DNA of 64,000 nt. It comes from Schmidtea polychroa. Taxonomy: Eukaryota. A program made the translations under genes and the position numbers. Positions 26,291 to 40,317 of this stretch are shown piece after piece (the first letter of the stretch is position 1; the number at the start of each line of letters is the position of its first letter). Where the stretch lies: positions 8,246,001-8,310,000 of the forward strand of contig CM097887.1 of the NCBI GenBank assembly GCA_044892525.1, in the 5' to 3' direction. The notes below the pieces were generated by a model. That model worked only from the letters and a program-made list of their open reading frames with translations, was not told where the DNA came from and did not search any database.

Positions 26291-27649
26291 TTGGATATTT
26301 TGCATATTATCGCTTAGTGGTGTATTTATGTACCACCCCAGGTAGTGTCTAAAAAATAAAGAATAAATTATTTTTTGAAAATAATACTCACTAATGGACT
26401 AAAATCTGTCGATTGATTAATATTTCAAGCGATAAAAATGCCGGAAACGCTTATGAGCGTCAAAGGGTTAAGGTAACTAATAATCAAAATTATTTTTAAA
26501 ACAATTACCAATTAACTCTCCTATTAATGAACTAGCTTTAACTATAAATATTGAAACTTTAAGCGACCTAGATATTTTTGAGCGTAGAAGGGGAAAAATT
26601 AAATGTAATAAGTATTTTGAAAATACCATTACAACCATTAATAATCTAAAGGCTAACCAGATTTATCTTACTGACAATAATATAATCAATAATAATAAAT
26701 TAAGTACCAATAATAAGTATCAATAATAATAAATTAAGGTAATATTAAAGCTAATAAATCTATCGATACCAATATTAACCGACCAATTGTAACCCCGTAT
26801 ATAAAACCTTTAAACCAAAAATTTTTCCAAAATCTATCCAACCTAATACATCTAAACAGATTGAATTGTTACCTGACCAAAAACCACCTTATATTACTGA
26901 TCCTAAATTAACCTATATTGAAAAAAACCCTAAAATACCTGATATTAATAAAACAAATGATATTATAATAAACGATAAACAAATTACTAATAATACTGAT
27001 AAGAAAATAATTGAGCAAACCTCAGCTGACCAAACTACTGAGGAATCTATAACTAAATCTAAACCCAATCCAAGAAATGTAATAAGTTTAAATGAAAAAG
27101 CGAAATTAATTCTTTATTGAAATCTTTAGTACTAAAAAAATATATTAAACATAACATATAAAAGTTATCTTACGGATAAAGCTGTGAGTGTATTTTAAAA
27201 TTACCTATTAGAATCAACTGACACAAGAAAGTGCTCAATTGATAAATTATGGAATATAAAGGGAATTGAACAAATACCTAAACTAAAAGAGCCGCATATT
27301 AATAATTCTCTATCATCTACCTACCAACTCAACCCTAATGAACCTCATATTATTGACTAATGTACCTGAAATTAATAGTACTCGAACATCGAACCCCCCC
27401 CCTCCACCAACGTATTCATAAAATGATTATAAGAAAAAAAACGTACCGCTATTAAATCCATCCTTTTAAGTATTAGGTAAATTTAAAATTAATTATATAA
27501 AATACTGCCTGTTCGGTAATATCTTTTTTAGTTGTCCTCGTCGATATTATAATTATCCTCACTTTAAATAAACTTTCTATAACATATTATAATAATAAAT
27601 ATTATCCTCGCTATATCCATCGCCGAAAGGAGTTTTCTACTCCAAACAC

Positions 27650-28015
27650 TTAAACTATTTTTAGATCCGACTAGAAAAACTAAGTCATCAACGAACAAAT
27701 GGCACAACATTCTATCACTCCAATTCAGTGACATCGAAAGCCCATTTAGGAAACATGAACCTTCTATCGGCATTCAAGAACCTGGATAAAAACGCTAGAG
27801 GAGAGTAGTTTTAAGACAGAAGCTCACATGACATATAGGTTTAGCCGACTCGGTATATCACAAACATGGCTAAACCCATGAGTACCTTGCCGTAATGTAA
27901 GAAATCATTTTTGGGGTTTCGAAAGTTTAGACCAGCCTGAAGGGTTAATTTTCTAAATGAGCTTATCCCTATATTTTCTCATCTGCGCTTCGCCAACTTA
28001 ACGGAAATCCCAACA
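27650..28015 (+). mobile_element. 3' (R/U5) part of an LTR of the same family as 17990-19837 and 56401-58261
   Basis: ccttctatcggca at 27760, gagtagttttaagacagaagctcac to 27827, tggggtttc, and the end cccaaca at 28015; followed by an A-rich leader and a gag-like remnant (LKHRQKQGDSSVNYL at ~29110-29160). Confidence 0.6.
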
Positions 28016-30899
28016 GTAGTAATTTATAAGACACATTTTAACTTTTACATATTTGGGAAAACATTTAATTTGTTTTTTAATAGAAAATAATAATAATTTA
28101 TTTTTCCAGACGAAAATAATAATTGTAGTAACAGCTGTTTTCTCTACAATCATAATAATTTAATAATTCCACTGCTGATTTCGCAAAGGAAAAATAATGT
28201 AATAACTTTAATCAGAACAATAAAAGGAAAAATTAATAATATATTTTTTTACAGTAATAACTGATAACATAACATGCAAAAATAGTAATAATATTTTTCT
28301 TTAATAATAGCTACATAAAAATTAGTATAAATGGCGACATAAAATCATAATTTGTCGCCCAAAATTTAACCTAAGCCTTTGTGAGTTACACTTAAGATGG
28401 AGAGTAACAAAAATTTGCTAAATAAAATTATTTTTTCCTCGGTAAAACTTAAAAAAATTGTAATCTAATAAGAAATGCAAATTCTGTAAAAGATATTAGA
28501 ACATAAATTAGTGTTGGGGTTCAATAGGAGCCAAGATAAGGAAATAAAGATAAGTTATGAAAGAAACAAAGATAAATTAAAAATAGTATTTAAAAATGAC
28601 CTAAAATAGAAAACAATTACTAATATTAGAATCAAAATATAAATAGTAATAAACAATTACTATATTTAAATTTTTAACAAAAATAGTATTTAAATAAAAA
28701 TAAGTAGTAAAAATAGTAATTAAATAATTACTATTAATAAAATAGATTAAATAAAAATAATATATATACCGCTATAAATTTTAGTTTAGCGGACCAACAA
28801 TTTACCAATTACAAACGGACAAAAATCGAAACACTAATTAGACCAATAGATAGTAGGAAAATACAGACAAACGAAATTCATAGCGAAAGAGCGACATATT
28901 TTGATCTGAACTACAGAAATATTATTGATTATATTCATTCGGAATTTCAATAGTTGTGACTTTACTTAGCTATTACAAAACCATTTACGGGTTTATAGCA
29001 ATTGTGGAAACAATCGTTGGAATATTTTCTATTTGGAAATCGGGAGTTATCAACTAAAGAACCAATTCGGTTTTGTGAAATTTAATTTGCAAAATCGGTT
29101 GTTAAAGAATCGCTCAAGCATCGTCAGAAACAAGGAGATTCCTCAGTTAATTATTTGGTAAATTTATTTAGATTTTTTTTAATTAACAAAATTAAACTTA
29201 AAGGGACTTAGCGTCAGCATACATTTTGTAGCTGTCTCGCTTTGATTACAATTAAAGTGTTAACCATTTTCTCGGTTGACACTATCGCGGATAAAATTCG
29301 GTTAATCCCCTATCTTGTTCTTATCACCTATATCAGGCTGTTGGCGCATTTAGGGCCAGCCTTGATCCTTAGAAGTAATCTTTAGGGTGGTTTGTATTTA
29401 GTTTTAAATAAATATTTAAAAGCATATTTGTTATTTATATACAAATTACCTACACGTGTTATAACTAATATTTGTGGAGTCAGATTTACGATTGTGTTAG
29501 TTCGAGTATTTACTCATCGAACCTAACATTAGAGCCCACAAATAATACAAACTAACCCTAGTAAATACAAGTAGGGATATAAAGCAAAGGAAACGCAATA
29601 TTAAAAGGACATCGAGTTAAGTAAAACTCAACATCAAAACTCAACATTTATTTAAAAAATTCCAACTTAACATTTTTTTTAAAAATTTGGAAAATGATGA
29701 TAGATGGCCGGAAATGATGTATATATAGGAGAAAGATATCGGAAAACTTAATTTCTAATTAAAATATTAAATTTAAAGTTAATTAAATTTTAATACTAAA
29801 AAAATAATAAAAATTATAGATTGAAAAATAACTGCAATCACAAAACAAATTTATAATTGTTTAAAAAATTGATTTAATGACAATTTAATCAATCTGACAG
29901 TTTTCAAAAAATATATCCTAAATGACCTGAAATTCATAATAAATACGAAGTTTCAATCAAACATAAAAATATTTATTTTTAACATAAAAATATTTAAAAT
30001 ATTTGATTGGGAAACCTTAATTGATAATTTGTGTACATTTTGTTTAATGAAATTCAAACATTGAAATATATGTAATAAATTGTAAGGTGGAATTAGAGGA
30101 CGAAATATGTTGAGGATATACAAAAATATAAAATAAAAGGAAAATTTTGAACGTTTTTAATGCTATGCTCACACCATTTTGGTAATTAATTCCTTGAAGA
30201 AAGTTGTTCGACATTTCATTAAGTACAATGTAGTTCAAAAGGTATTGGAACACTACTATTATTACCCCAATTTAAAATTTTCCTCTTTACCGACATCAAT
30301 AAGTAGGCTACATTTCATTACAATGTCTTGTATAATTTCTATGCATTTATTCGTGAATATTTATAAATAACTGTTATAAATGTTTCAATAGAATTAGTGG
30401 TTCAGAAGTATTTGGAAAACGTTTGTAATCCCGGGATGCCTTATAGATTACCGGAAAAGGAATTCCGGAATTCTACCAAAATATTCCCATGATTTTAAGA
30501 ATACAGTAATTTTAAACTAAGAATGAATACAAATGAAAAATTTCTAAAATAAAAAAATTACGAATTCCTTGAAAGATTATTCAAAAATTATACAATATTA
30601 TTATACAATATTTATTTTCAATAAGCTTATCTTAAAAATGTTACATGTAAACAGTGATAAAAATTATATTTTAAAAATAAAAACTAAAAATTTAAATTTT
30701 AAAGGGAAGAAGAATCAAATGATTCTGGGTCTGACAACAGTGATTGTGACGGTGACAAATATTATTTCGCAGTTAATATTATTTTAAATGTGTAAACATT
30801 TGATATAACCATCAGTGATGTAATGATTGAATCGGCCAAAAAAATTAGAAAAATATAACTAACAAAAAACGACAGATATTTTCAAAAATATGTAAATTT

Positions 30900-31710
30900 T
30901 GATTTTGGAAAGGTCATTCATTTAAAAACAGATTGTAAAACACGGTGGGGCAGCTTACTGTGCACGTTGGAAAGATTTGATATGTTGTATAAAGGCAATT
31001 GTTGATTTCAATATTAAAAATTTGTTAAAAATGAACCACTATGAAGATTTAGTAAATGTTTTAAGTCCAATTAAAGCAGCAATTTGTCGAAACAATTTGG
31101 TGCCGAGATCCAAATTTAATAACTGCTAATATTGCATTGGAATTTCTGCTGCTAAAGCTGGAACAACAAAATTATGACATCAATCACCGCATATTTTCAG
31201 CTTCAGCTTTTCAGATTAAAGAGAGAACGTTACCAAGCAGTTTAGTACAATATCTTCACAATGATCATAATGATTCAATGAAAATGGCTGAAGTTTTTGT
31301 ATCATTCACAAATAAAAAAATCATAATACTTTTGTTGGATATTTTTTAGCGATTAAAGGCTATCAACTTAACAGGTGGAGTTATTGGAGTAGCTGATGTC
31401 TCTGATGAGATTGAGGACATATTTAATGATGAATTATTTGTAATAATAATGACAAGTCAATGAGTGAGCAATTAAACCACGCCATGAAAAAAAGGTTTCA
31501 AATCAGTTAGAGAATGTTATTAATCGAAATTGGTGGTACAAGAGGACTATTCCAAAAGGTTTATGATTTGTTAACGGCTATTAAGCCCACTAGTGTAGAG
31601 TCTGAACGGGAGTCTTCGACTTCCGGTTTGATATGTTAGAAAATTCAGAGTCGACTCAATGATGAAACGATTCACATATTATGCTTTTGGAGACCATATT
31701 TTCAAAAATT
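30900..31710 (+). pseudogene. Degraded hAT (Ac/hobo-like) transposase C-terminal remnant
   Basis: KTDCKTRWGSLLCTLERF and AIKPTSVESER...SRLNDETIHILCF motifs with many stops. Confidence 0.7.
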
Positions 31711-34700
31711 AAACAAGTTATCCTCTAATAGGAATATACCTTCAATAATACATTTATAATTTTAATATCAGTTTTGAGAACACAATCTAAATCTTCCTAT
31801 TCAAATGAAATAATTTTAAATAAAAGATTATTGGAACACTTCAGAATTATTATTTTGTTTGTATATACACTAATTAGAGCCTTGTACAATTTTAATTTAC
31901 CCCTCTTTTGTAGAATAAAAATATTGACTTGTCAAAGTCATTATTGCATTGATTTATTATCTACTTTGCTTATATTCTATTTAATTGTTTTACTTTCTTT
32001 ACATTGTTGTTTTAGATTCCATATTTAGAATTAAAATAATTGGAAAAAAAAATTGTAAAAAGTAAAAAAATTGGAAAGATTCTCTTTAAAAAATTATGTT
32101 AACTTTGACATTGTTAGTTTGGGTTTCAAGATCTTCTGGATACCTTTCTCGATCTTGTTGGTGTAGATTTCTGTAACAACTTTTTTTATTAATCTTATCT
32201 TTTTAATCTGAAATTTTGTCACATTTGTTGCGATAATTTTCATTCAAATTTAACGGGAAAATTACTCTTCATTACTTTGGAACTGTCTCTGCATTTAATC
32301 TGTCGATGTCCACTTACCGATGTAGACCTGCACATTGAAAAGTGTAACTCTTGAACACGGCTTATTGATTAAGGTGATAGAGAATCCATAGACAGACAAG
32401 GGTAGGATTCGAGTCTGCAAAGAGCAGACCCCGCGACAAATGTGTGGATAACATTACATACCAGCAAGTATAAAGGCATTTATCGATTAAGGATATTTCA
32501 TTTACTTTCATTATGACTATAAATCAAAAATTAATTAATAAAAGTTGTGCCGAAACATCATGTACCTTATATATTGTTTTGATCATATGGTCTTACAAAT
32601 ATTAATATGAAAATTATTGAATTAAAAAAATATCAAAGGTGAAACCAAAAGATAAATATGATAAGTTATTTTATGGGGTTCTTTGCAAAAATAATGATAT
32701 ACATTTTTAACTCCCTACGGCCATAAGACATTAATTTTTCTATAATTTATATAGCGTAATTTGAAACATAAAGATAAAATTATAACAATATTTTCATTGA
32801 CTGGGTACATTATTTACAAAAAATGGACCATCAATTTGGTTACATTTTTCTGTGACTTATAATTGAAATTTAGTTTGAATTCTTAATTAATTTTATAATC
32901 TTAAATTTTTCCAAATGAATTTTTAAATTTGTATTGAGTTTCTAGTTGGATTTCTGTTGGAACTTTTACAAACTTGAACCATCGAAGGTTTCCGATTGTT
33001 TTCGAAATTTAATAAAATTCAGAAACTAAAATTTGTCGTTAAACAGTTCTCGCTTCCAAATCGAACCAACTATGCCAAAAAAGATATGGACATGAAACTC
33101 AACTACCTTAAAATCTTTTGGTTAAATCTCTACCTGAAAAACTGTACATTTTTGATTTTTAATGGATATATTAGAATAACCTGTTTTTGAAAGATCAAAG
33201 ATTACCTCCAATTGAAGAATATATGAATGGCAACAGAATTAAGTCCGATTTCAACTGATTTTTTTCAATCACCTTCGATTAGGCGACTATCACAACATGA
33301 ATATTTGATACACATTACACATTTTATTACACACGTTAACACATGATTATTTGGTAATGCCCACTTGACTACCATAAACCTGATTTATCCCAAATATGGA
33401 GTTATTATGTTTTTTAACGAATATTGATCCAATTTCGAAATTTTTTAATGTTTTGTAAAGGAGGTATCCCTGCAACATTTGGTGGAATTTGGATGTAAAC
33501 TGAGGCCACGTTCAGGTGGATACACATACAAACTTTGAGAAATATATATTAGATATTATAGCATATTTGGGATTGAACCATTCATTATTATGATTATTGT
33601 CACTGTTATTATCGTGATAATTACTATCATCGTTCTTATTATTTACAATAATCTATCATAACAATTTTAAAATTAAATGTCATTTTTATAGAGTATTAGA
33701 CACTGTTAAACACTGTCCAGGATATAATTAGTTTTATTAAATCAGTAACAAATATTTGACTTTTTTATTTACTATTTTGAATTTACTGTTCGAACAGATA
33801 TTTACGCGAATTAATTATTAATTAATATCGCGAATTAAATCTATTTTATTTATTATCAGACAATAATTGACCTTAGACGTTGTGTGAATTCATTATAAAT
33901 CAAGTAGTAGAACCGCCAAATCAAAATAAATAAAGAAATCAATAGTAATGTGCCGACCCAGTGTTCAAGCGATCACGAATCTGAATTTATTCATCATAAA
34001 ATATTGAAGTTAACACTGAAAAATAAGAATTTATCAAATCATTTTGTGTGATTGTAATCAGTAAAGTGAAGACTAAATTGTAATTGTGCTGATCAATAAA
34101 AGTTTATATTATTTAAAATTCGCCGTTGTTGACCCCTTCAAGATTGTAGTCCGATTTATAATTATCAATCTATTATTTCATTGACAAACTCCAAACATAT
34201 TCAATTAAATTTAAAATTCACTTCTCCTTAACATCTTAACATTAACATAATCTAACAATTTTCCTTCCAAATTTCATGCACCTCTCCTACCAAAACTTGT
34301 TTCCCCAATGCTTACATATTCCAAAAATGCGTCAATTGACTTATATGATTGAATCTAATCTTAGAAAAAATAATTACAGTATTATCTGTTGCCACCTTAC
34401 AATCTTGACCACAAAGGAAGGGAGTGCTTCATTAGTTATAAAAAGACCAATTACACAATTCTAAACATGTGCACATATCACACAATCTCTAAAGACGATT
34501 GTGTCAAAATGAAAATTGAAAAATAAATTACAAAGCGAAGACGCTCTATTCCAATGCATAACTCCTATTTTAGCCGCCATTGCTATTAAACGCTTAAAAA
34601 TATGTAATTTCTAACCCATACTAAATCAGCTTTATCAATGTCACACTAATAAACTAATATCGTCCTACATTATATTATCATAAAATTAATATATACACAT

Positions 34701-35064
34701 AATATACAATCTTTGCTCTTCATTTTCATAAGACTATAGATCAATAAACTCAAGTTAAATGTATTCATAGAAAATTAAGAAAGAAATTGCAAATAATAAA
34801 CAAAAATTGGATAAAAGATTTTAATAGAAAATTAGTATCTAAAATAAATTAACAAGAATTTACCATGGAAATAAATAAATTAAATTACCAAAATAACCTA
34901 TTGCAATTTGCAAATCTCTATCAAAATCTGTCATTAAATATATTATACAAATTTTAATATTAGATTTAATAAATTATCTTTTCGCATTATTATGTAAATC
35001 TTTAAAACGAGCGTGAATTAAAAAATTTGTTTAAATTTAAAAAAACGTTTTAATTTAACTCACG

Positions 35065-37170
35065 ATGGATCAAGAGTGGCCAGATTTAACTCTAGCAAAT
35101 CAAGCTAAAGTGTCGAAGAAAAATGTCAAAGCAACTATCGAAAAGGAAACCAAAATCGTAAACGTTAACAAAGAGAAAAAAGAAACAAATTCCGATGCAA
35201 AAACTCAATGCAAACCAGTTGACATAAAGACTGCTATACGGGAGTTCAACGAGAAGTTTGCTTATCAATATGATTTTGATTCTAGTCGGGAATATAAGCT
35301 AAAATCTCATTGTTCAGTGTCAAAAGAATGCGCGAGCACCGGAGCATCAGTCGAAGAATCCTTTAAAAGCATGATGTTTTTGGAAAGCATCATTTGCGTT
35401 CGAATGAATTTATTGTACTTCTATTTTCACGAAGCCAATCTAAGAAAAGACTCATATATGATAAAAAATATGGATAGCAATGGCTGGATACCATTGAAAA
35501 TAGTGATGGATTTCCCTCGTTTGAAGAGAACCAAACCAACATTTAAAGATATTTTCGATGTCTGCCAAAAATTATTGCTACCACCATTTACAATCCAGTA
35601 TGGATCTGTAGGAAATTCCTATTTAGAAATCGATGAAACGAACAGCTTGATCAGAAGAAATGACATGGAAGACTTTGAATCAACATTTAGAGGATTTGAA
35701 ATATCAAAAGAAATTGATTTGAAAATGAGATCAGAGTTGCCATTCCCAAATTACTCATTTTCCTATTTTGAAACCGAATTAGAACCTTTAATAGAAAGAT
35801 TTATACCAGATGTTATACCTCAAATAAAGGTGGAAGAAAATGATGAAAATATAACCTTCGAATTTGGAGCGAACGAGGAAACTACAGTTCAATCTAAGAA
35901 AATTTACCGAAAAAGACGTACAACAATGGAGTCACAAAGCGACTTAGATGAAAGTAATGTTTATTTAATAACATTGAACGGTAAAACTGCGGAATGGCAT
36001 GAAATAAGCGACAGTGATTCTTTTGTCGAACAAACATATCCTGATTCCGAAAGAAGAGATTTGTTGAAGAAAAGTTTGCAAGAAACATTCAACATCAGAA
36101 GCAGATATCAATCCTTTTCCAGTTGTTCGACATACGACAGTAATGATGAATCTGATTCATACTTACCAGATTCTCAGCTTAGTATTGAAGAAAAAATGTC
36201 TTTGATCAATACAAACAACAATCCTTCGGTACTAATTCAAAAAATGAAACCTTTAAGTCAAGAAAATCAAGAATATGACTTCCTGAATGAAGGCGTCATT
36301 AGTTCATACCACAACCCAATTGATATGTTTAATTCCAACTTTTTGCGTATTCCTAACTATAAATCCGACGAATTGGATAAATTATTGGAGAACATTATAT
36401 TTGAATACAAGAAAAGCTATGTTCCGCAGGAGCTGACAAAAACTATAAGGAAACCTAAAATTCGACAGACCATTACAAAAACTAGGAACCATTTGAATTT
36501 TTACGATTCTGAAAACGACGATATTCGATCAATTGATGATCCGATGATGGGATATTACTTGAATAAAAATAGAAGAAAAAGAAATTCATCGTCCAGCAGT
36601 TATAGTCAATATCCCGACTCAGGCAAATTATTGTCAAAGGGTTTAGAAATTCCACATCAAAATCATCCTGGAGAAAAGCTATTATCGGATGAATTTAAGC
36701 TTAATCTTTATTTAGAATTCCGAGAAAGTGCCTTAAAAGATAGAAAATTGACCGGCTGTGGCCGATCTGCTGATATGAATGCTCTATTACGTTTCTGGTC
36801 GTTTTTCTTGAGAGAAAACAGTCAGAAAAAGATGTATCGGGAATTCCAGGAATTAGCTTGGGAGGATGCTGAACACGGATATCGCTATGGTGTTGAATGC
36901 GTTTTCCGCATGTTTAGCTATAAGCTTGAAAACAAAGACAGATTCAATATGGATGAATACAAGGACTTCCAAAATAATGTATTGAAAGATTTGAAAATGA
37001 ATAGCCTGTATGGTTTGGAAAAATTCTGGGCATTAAGGCAATATGGTAATCTAACACTTGAAGCCTTACCTGAAATCGAGGAGAAACTCAAAGAGTATAA
37101 AACTAAAGAAGATTTTCGCAAGAACTTTGTTCCTCCACAAGGATTTTACGGCTATAAACTTCTATTTTAA
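35065..37170 (+). CDS. LARP1: La-related protein 1 (La motif + DM15 cap/TOP-binding domain), intronless, 701 aa
   Basis: La motif [38 protein letters not shown]15 repeats [44 protein letters not shown] and [10 protein letters not shown] closely match LARP1 family consensus. Confidence 0.93.
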   Translation: MDQEWPDLTLANQAKVSKKNVKATIEKETKIVNVNKEKKETNSDAKTQCKPVDIKTAIREFNEKFAYQYDFDSSREYKLKSHCSVSKECASTGASVEESFKSMMFLESIICVRMNLLYFYFHEANLRKDSYMIKNMDSNGWIPLKIVMDFPRLKRTKPTFKDIFDVCQKLLLPPFTIQYGSVGNSYLEIDETNSLIRRNDMEDFESTFRGFEISKEIDLKMRSELPFPNYSFSYFETELEPLIERFIPDVIPQIKVEENDENITFEFGANEETTVQSKKIYRKRRTTMESQSDLDESNVYLITLNGKTAEWHEISDSDSFVEQTYPDSERRDLLKKSLQETFNIRSRYQSFSSCSTYDSNDESDSYLPDSQLSIEEKMSLINTNNNPSVLIQKMKPLSQENQEYDFLNEGVISSYHNPIDMFNSNFLRIPNYKSDELDKLLENIIFEYKKSYVPQELTKTIRKPKIRQTITKTRNHLNFYDSENDDIRSIDDPMMGYYLNKNRRKRNSSSSSYSQYPDSGKLLSKGLEIPHQNHPGEKLLSDEFKLNLYLEFRESALKDRKLTGCGRSADMNALLRFWSFFLRENSQKKMYREFQELAWEDAEHGYRYGVECVFRMFSYKLENKDRFNMDEYKDFQNNVLKDLKMNSLYGLEKFWALRQYGNLTLEALPEIEEKLKEYKTKEDFRKNFVPPQGFYGYKLLF

Positions 37171-38724
37171 TCTGTAATATAATACAATATTATTATCTAT
37201 TTGTTGTTTTATTTATCGTTAAAGATAATCGTAATACAAACGCACGTTAATATTTACGCAATTAATGATTACTAAATGTTGATAATATTTTTGCACGTGT
37301 TTTCGTCTTATTTCATTAGTTTATATTTAAACAAAATTTTCTCATTGGTTTCGATTATTTGTATTTTATTGTGAATAATCTCACATTTGTCTTTATCACA
37401 GATGCTTTGTTTTGTAAGGCAGATATTCCGGTTATGGTGGCTTGGATAAGTAAATGAAAGTAAAAATTTACTTGTGGATAATTATCATCATTAATATAAT
37501 TCGGAATGGGATGTTAATTATAATCCATAAACGACATAAATCCCTTGTCACGCATCCTTTGACAGCGATTACGAGATTTTGAAAACACGGCAAATAATCA
37601 AAAATTAACAGTCAGATTTTTTTTCTTCGTGAGTTAATGTAATTTTCAAAATGGCTGGCGATGAATAAAAATCTGTGACTGAAACCCTATATCAACATCA
37701 ATAAATGGCAAACTGCTCAAAGGCTTTCTGAATTTGAAATATGTTTCCGATTTTGAAATCAGCCCAGAAAAAACAGCTTTCTCAAATGAAAATTAATATG
37801 AGAATAAACAACGGACATTATTTTGGAATTATCATATGAAAATATCACAAATATATTAAAATTTAACATTTGTTAACAATTGTCTGGTTTTTTTTCTACA
37901 TATTTTATCGGAATTTTTCAAAAATCAAAATTCAGTGAAATCTACGATGCTGCCAAAGCACAAAATAAGCTTTGAATTTTTATCTATACCTTTCATCTAC
38001 TTCAAATTTTCTTTATTTCAAGTGATAACAGATAAAAACAGATTAGCACTTAATATAAAGGCTGTCGAAAATTATTTTTTTAATCTTTTATCATAATGAA
38101 AAATAGATGCAAAATAATGGAAATGGAGCTTCATTAATCTTAATAATAATATTTTTATATTTATTGTGAATAATCTCACATTTGCGTTTAGCCGATAATC
38201 CAAAATAATCGTATCTGAAAATGCTATTTTAATAGAAATAATAAATGGATCCTTGTCATTCCGCGAAAGAACTGTAAGAGACTAGTGAAATATTTTAGAG
38301 AAAAACTGAATTAAGATTACAAAACTGACAAAAAATATTTGCAAATGGTGAAACAAACATATAAAACAATTCAATGTTAATTATAATGCACAAATGACAA
38401 AAATCTTATGTGGAAAATTCAGCTTATTCTTAAACATTTATCGCCCGTTTTGCCGAATTAATCAATCATTCATAAAATCCTCCAAAATGGGTAGCAGAGC
38501 GTGGTTTCCATCGGGGGGCCACACATAAATACTAGAGATGTCAGCTCAGATATTAAAATATGGTGATATTTGTTTAATTTTTGAATTTGATATTTTTTGT
38601 AAACATTTTTATGTAAAATTAAACATTCTCCTTTCCATAAATTTGAAATTCATGGCGAACGGGAAAAATGCTGCTATGGGCCCCAATACTCTTTAAAACT
38701 GGGCATCCAAAAACTCAGCTATTT

Positions 38725-39495
38725 AAATCCCATTTATACTGTTTATTTGTACGTTTGAAAACTCGAGAAGTGCACATTGAAATGGCATATGGACTGGACG
38801 CCTTTTTACGAGCATTCATGAAGTTCACTATCCGACGAGGAATGCCTAAAATGGTTCTGTCCGACAATGGTACATATTTTGTAGGGGGCTTACAACACAA
38901 GTAGATTCATTTTTAATAGACAATTACAAGATGACGAGAAAATTGAATGACAATGATGTTGCTGGATATTCAATCCACCGCCTGCTTCCTTTTCTAGAGT
39001 TTTTGAATCATTGATAAAATCGGCAAAACTGGCGATAAGAGCAGTCATAAAAGATGCTGAAGTCAGCGATGAAAAATTAGTTAGTGTTTTTTCTCGAGTT
39101 GTTAAAACAGTGCATTGTCAGTAAGGAAGATATTATTCTCACACCGAATCATTTACTGATGGAAAGCCGAAACATGCATAGATGTAGAGACATCTGAGAA
39201 GAAAGCATTGCAATTAAGATGGGGGCGAGTTATAGAATTAACTCAAGCCTTTTGGTTGAGATGGATAAAGGAACTCATTCCTTTTTGGATAATACGTCAA
39301 AAATTGGATCACCCGCCAAAATAATATACAGACGGGAATTATTGTTTGGGTATTGGACAAAAGAATGAGTATGGAAAATGGCTGATTTAGCGGATCGTGG
39401 AAACCATTTCAGGATTAGATGGTTAAGTAGAAGTAGCGAAAATTTTATGCAATGGGAAATAATTTACAAGGCCTGTGGTAAATTTAATGATTGTC
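38725..39495 (+). pseudogene. BEL/Pao integrase remnant, second copy
   Basis: LYCLFVRLKTREVHIEMAYGLD, RRGMPKMVLSDNGTYFVG, FESLIKSAK, LTPNHLL, FWLRWIKELIP; nucleotide similarity to 20990-21700. Confidence 0.85.
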
Positions 39496-39585
39496 GATCA
39501 GGAATAAGATAGTGGGTGAAGCAAGAAATTACAACAAGGGGTATTAAAAGGTCAGAACTACCTGAATGACGTTGACACGGACGTG

Positions 39586-39874
39586 TCAAGGGGGTTGATG
39601 TTTGGTTCTGTTAGTTGATGTTGCGTCTATGTGAGCGTTACTGAAGTTTTGGCTGATTAGGGTACTGTGTGAGCACACAGACGCAAGGTCTCGAAATTAA
39701 TTCGTTTATCTCGAATTCAAGTTTTTAGATTGTTTATTGAAAATTTGTTTTGTCGCTTCAATTTTGGAATTTTTATGGTCAGATTTTAGGTAGTTTCGAT
39801 TTTGCTTGGTCAGTGCTCTTTTGGAAGTGATTTATTTTATGGTTAATTCAAATTGTGGTTCCAAAATTTAAACA
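39586..39874 (+). mobile_element. Putative polypurine tract plus 3' LTR of the Pao remnant (contains the CGTCTGTG hairpin motif)
   Basis: caagggggttga followed by TGTT (39599) and ending AACA (~39874); internal ttgcgtctatgtg / cacacagacgcaa inverted pair. Confidence 0.45.
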
Positions 39875-40317
39875 ACGTTTTCTCGTGGAATTTTGTTATT
39901 TATTTTATATTTGAATAATACGAAAAAGAAAAAATGGAAACAGATATTACTGTCCAATATTTACGGACCAAAAATATATGAGTCAATTGAAAAAGGTTTT
40001 CTGCAAAAAACTTAGTTAAAACACATTCTTTTCATACAAGAATATTATATTGGTCTTTAATATCTTTAAAGGTGGTTTCAGAATCTGAAATTGTTTTTTA
40101 TTTTAAAATAAATCTCAAATTCGAATAGGCATATTTGATCACTCAAATTTACATGTTATAGATGAAATGCTGCAAGAAGTAGAGAAATCTCATATTATCC
40201 ATGCAATATAGACACAGACAATTAAAATGTTTAACCAATATTATTGAACATAGAAAAATGTGACAATTGATTTTTTTTATAAAATCATTCCTACGTACAA
40301 GTGAGATATTTATTATC

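Larger units (their letters stand above)
23738..26467 (+). mobile_element. piggyBac transposon, full length (2730 bp)
   Basis: TTAA TSDs (23734-23737, 26468-26471); TIR ccctttgacg[t/c]tc; subterminal gtggt...taccac palindromes at both ends. Confidence 0.95.

Noticed and set aside
27564-27773. Minus-strand ORF with LFVDDLV, resembling a non-LTR RT YADD motif
   Set aside because: The plus strand here aligns with the conserved LTR block at 19602 and 58003, so the motif is most likely a chance antisense reading.
32290-32440. Weak Pif1/Helitron helicase-like peptide on the minus strand (ILPLSVYGFSITLINK...VTLFNVQVYIG)
   Set aside because: Too short and degenerate to support without a profile search.
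33850-34600. Possible small-intron host exons upstream of LARP1
   Set aside because: No consistent exon chain or recognisable protein could be assembled by eye.
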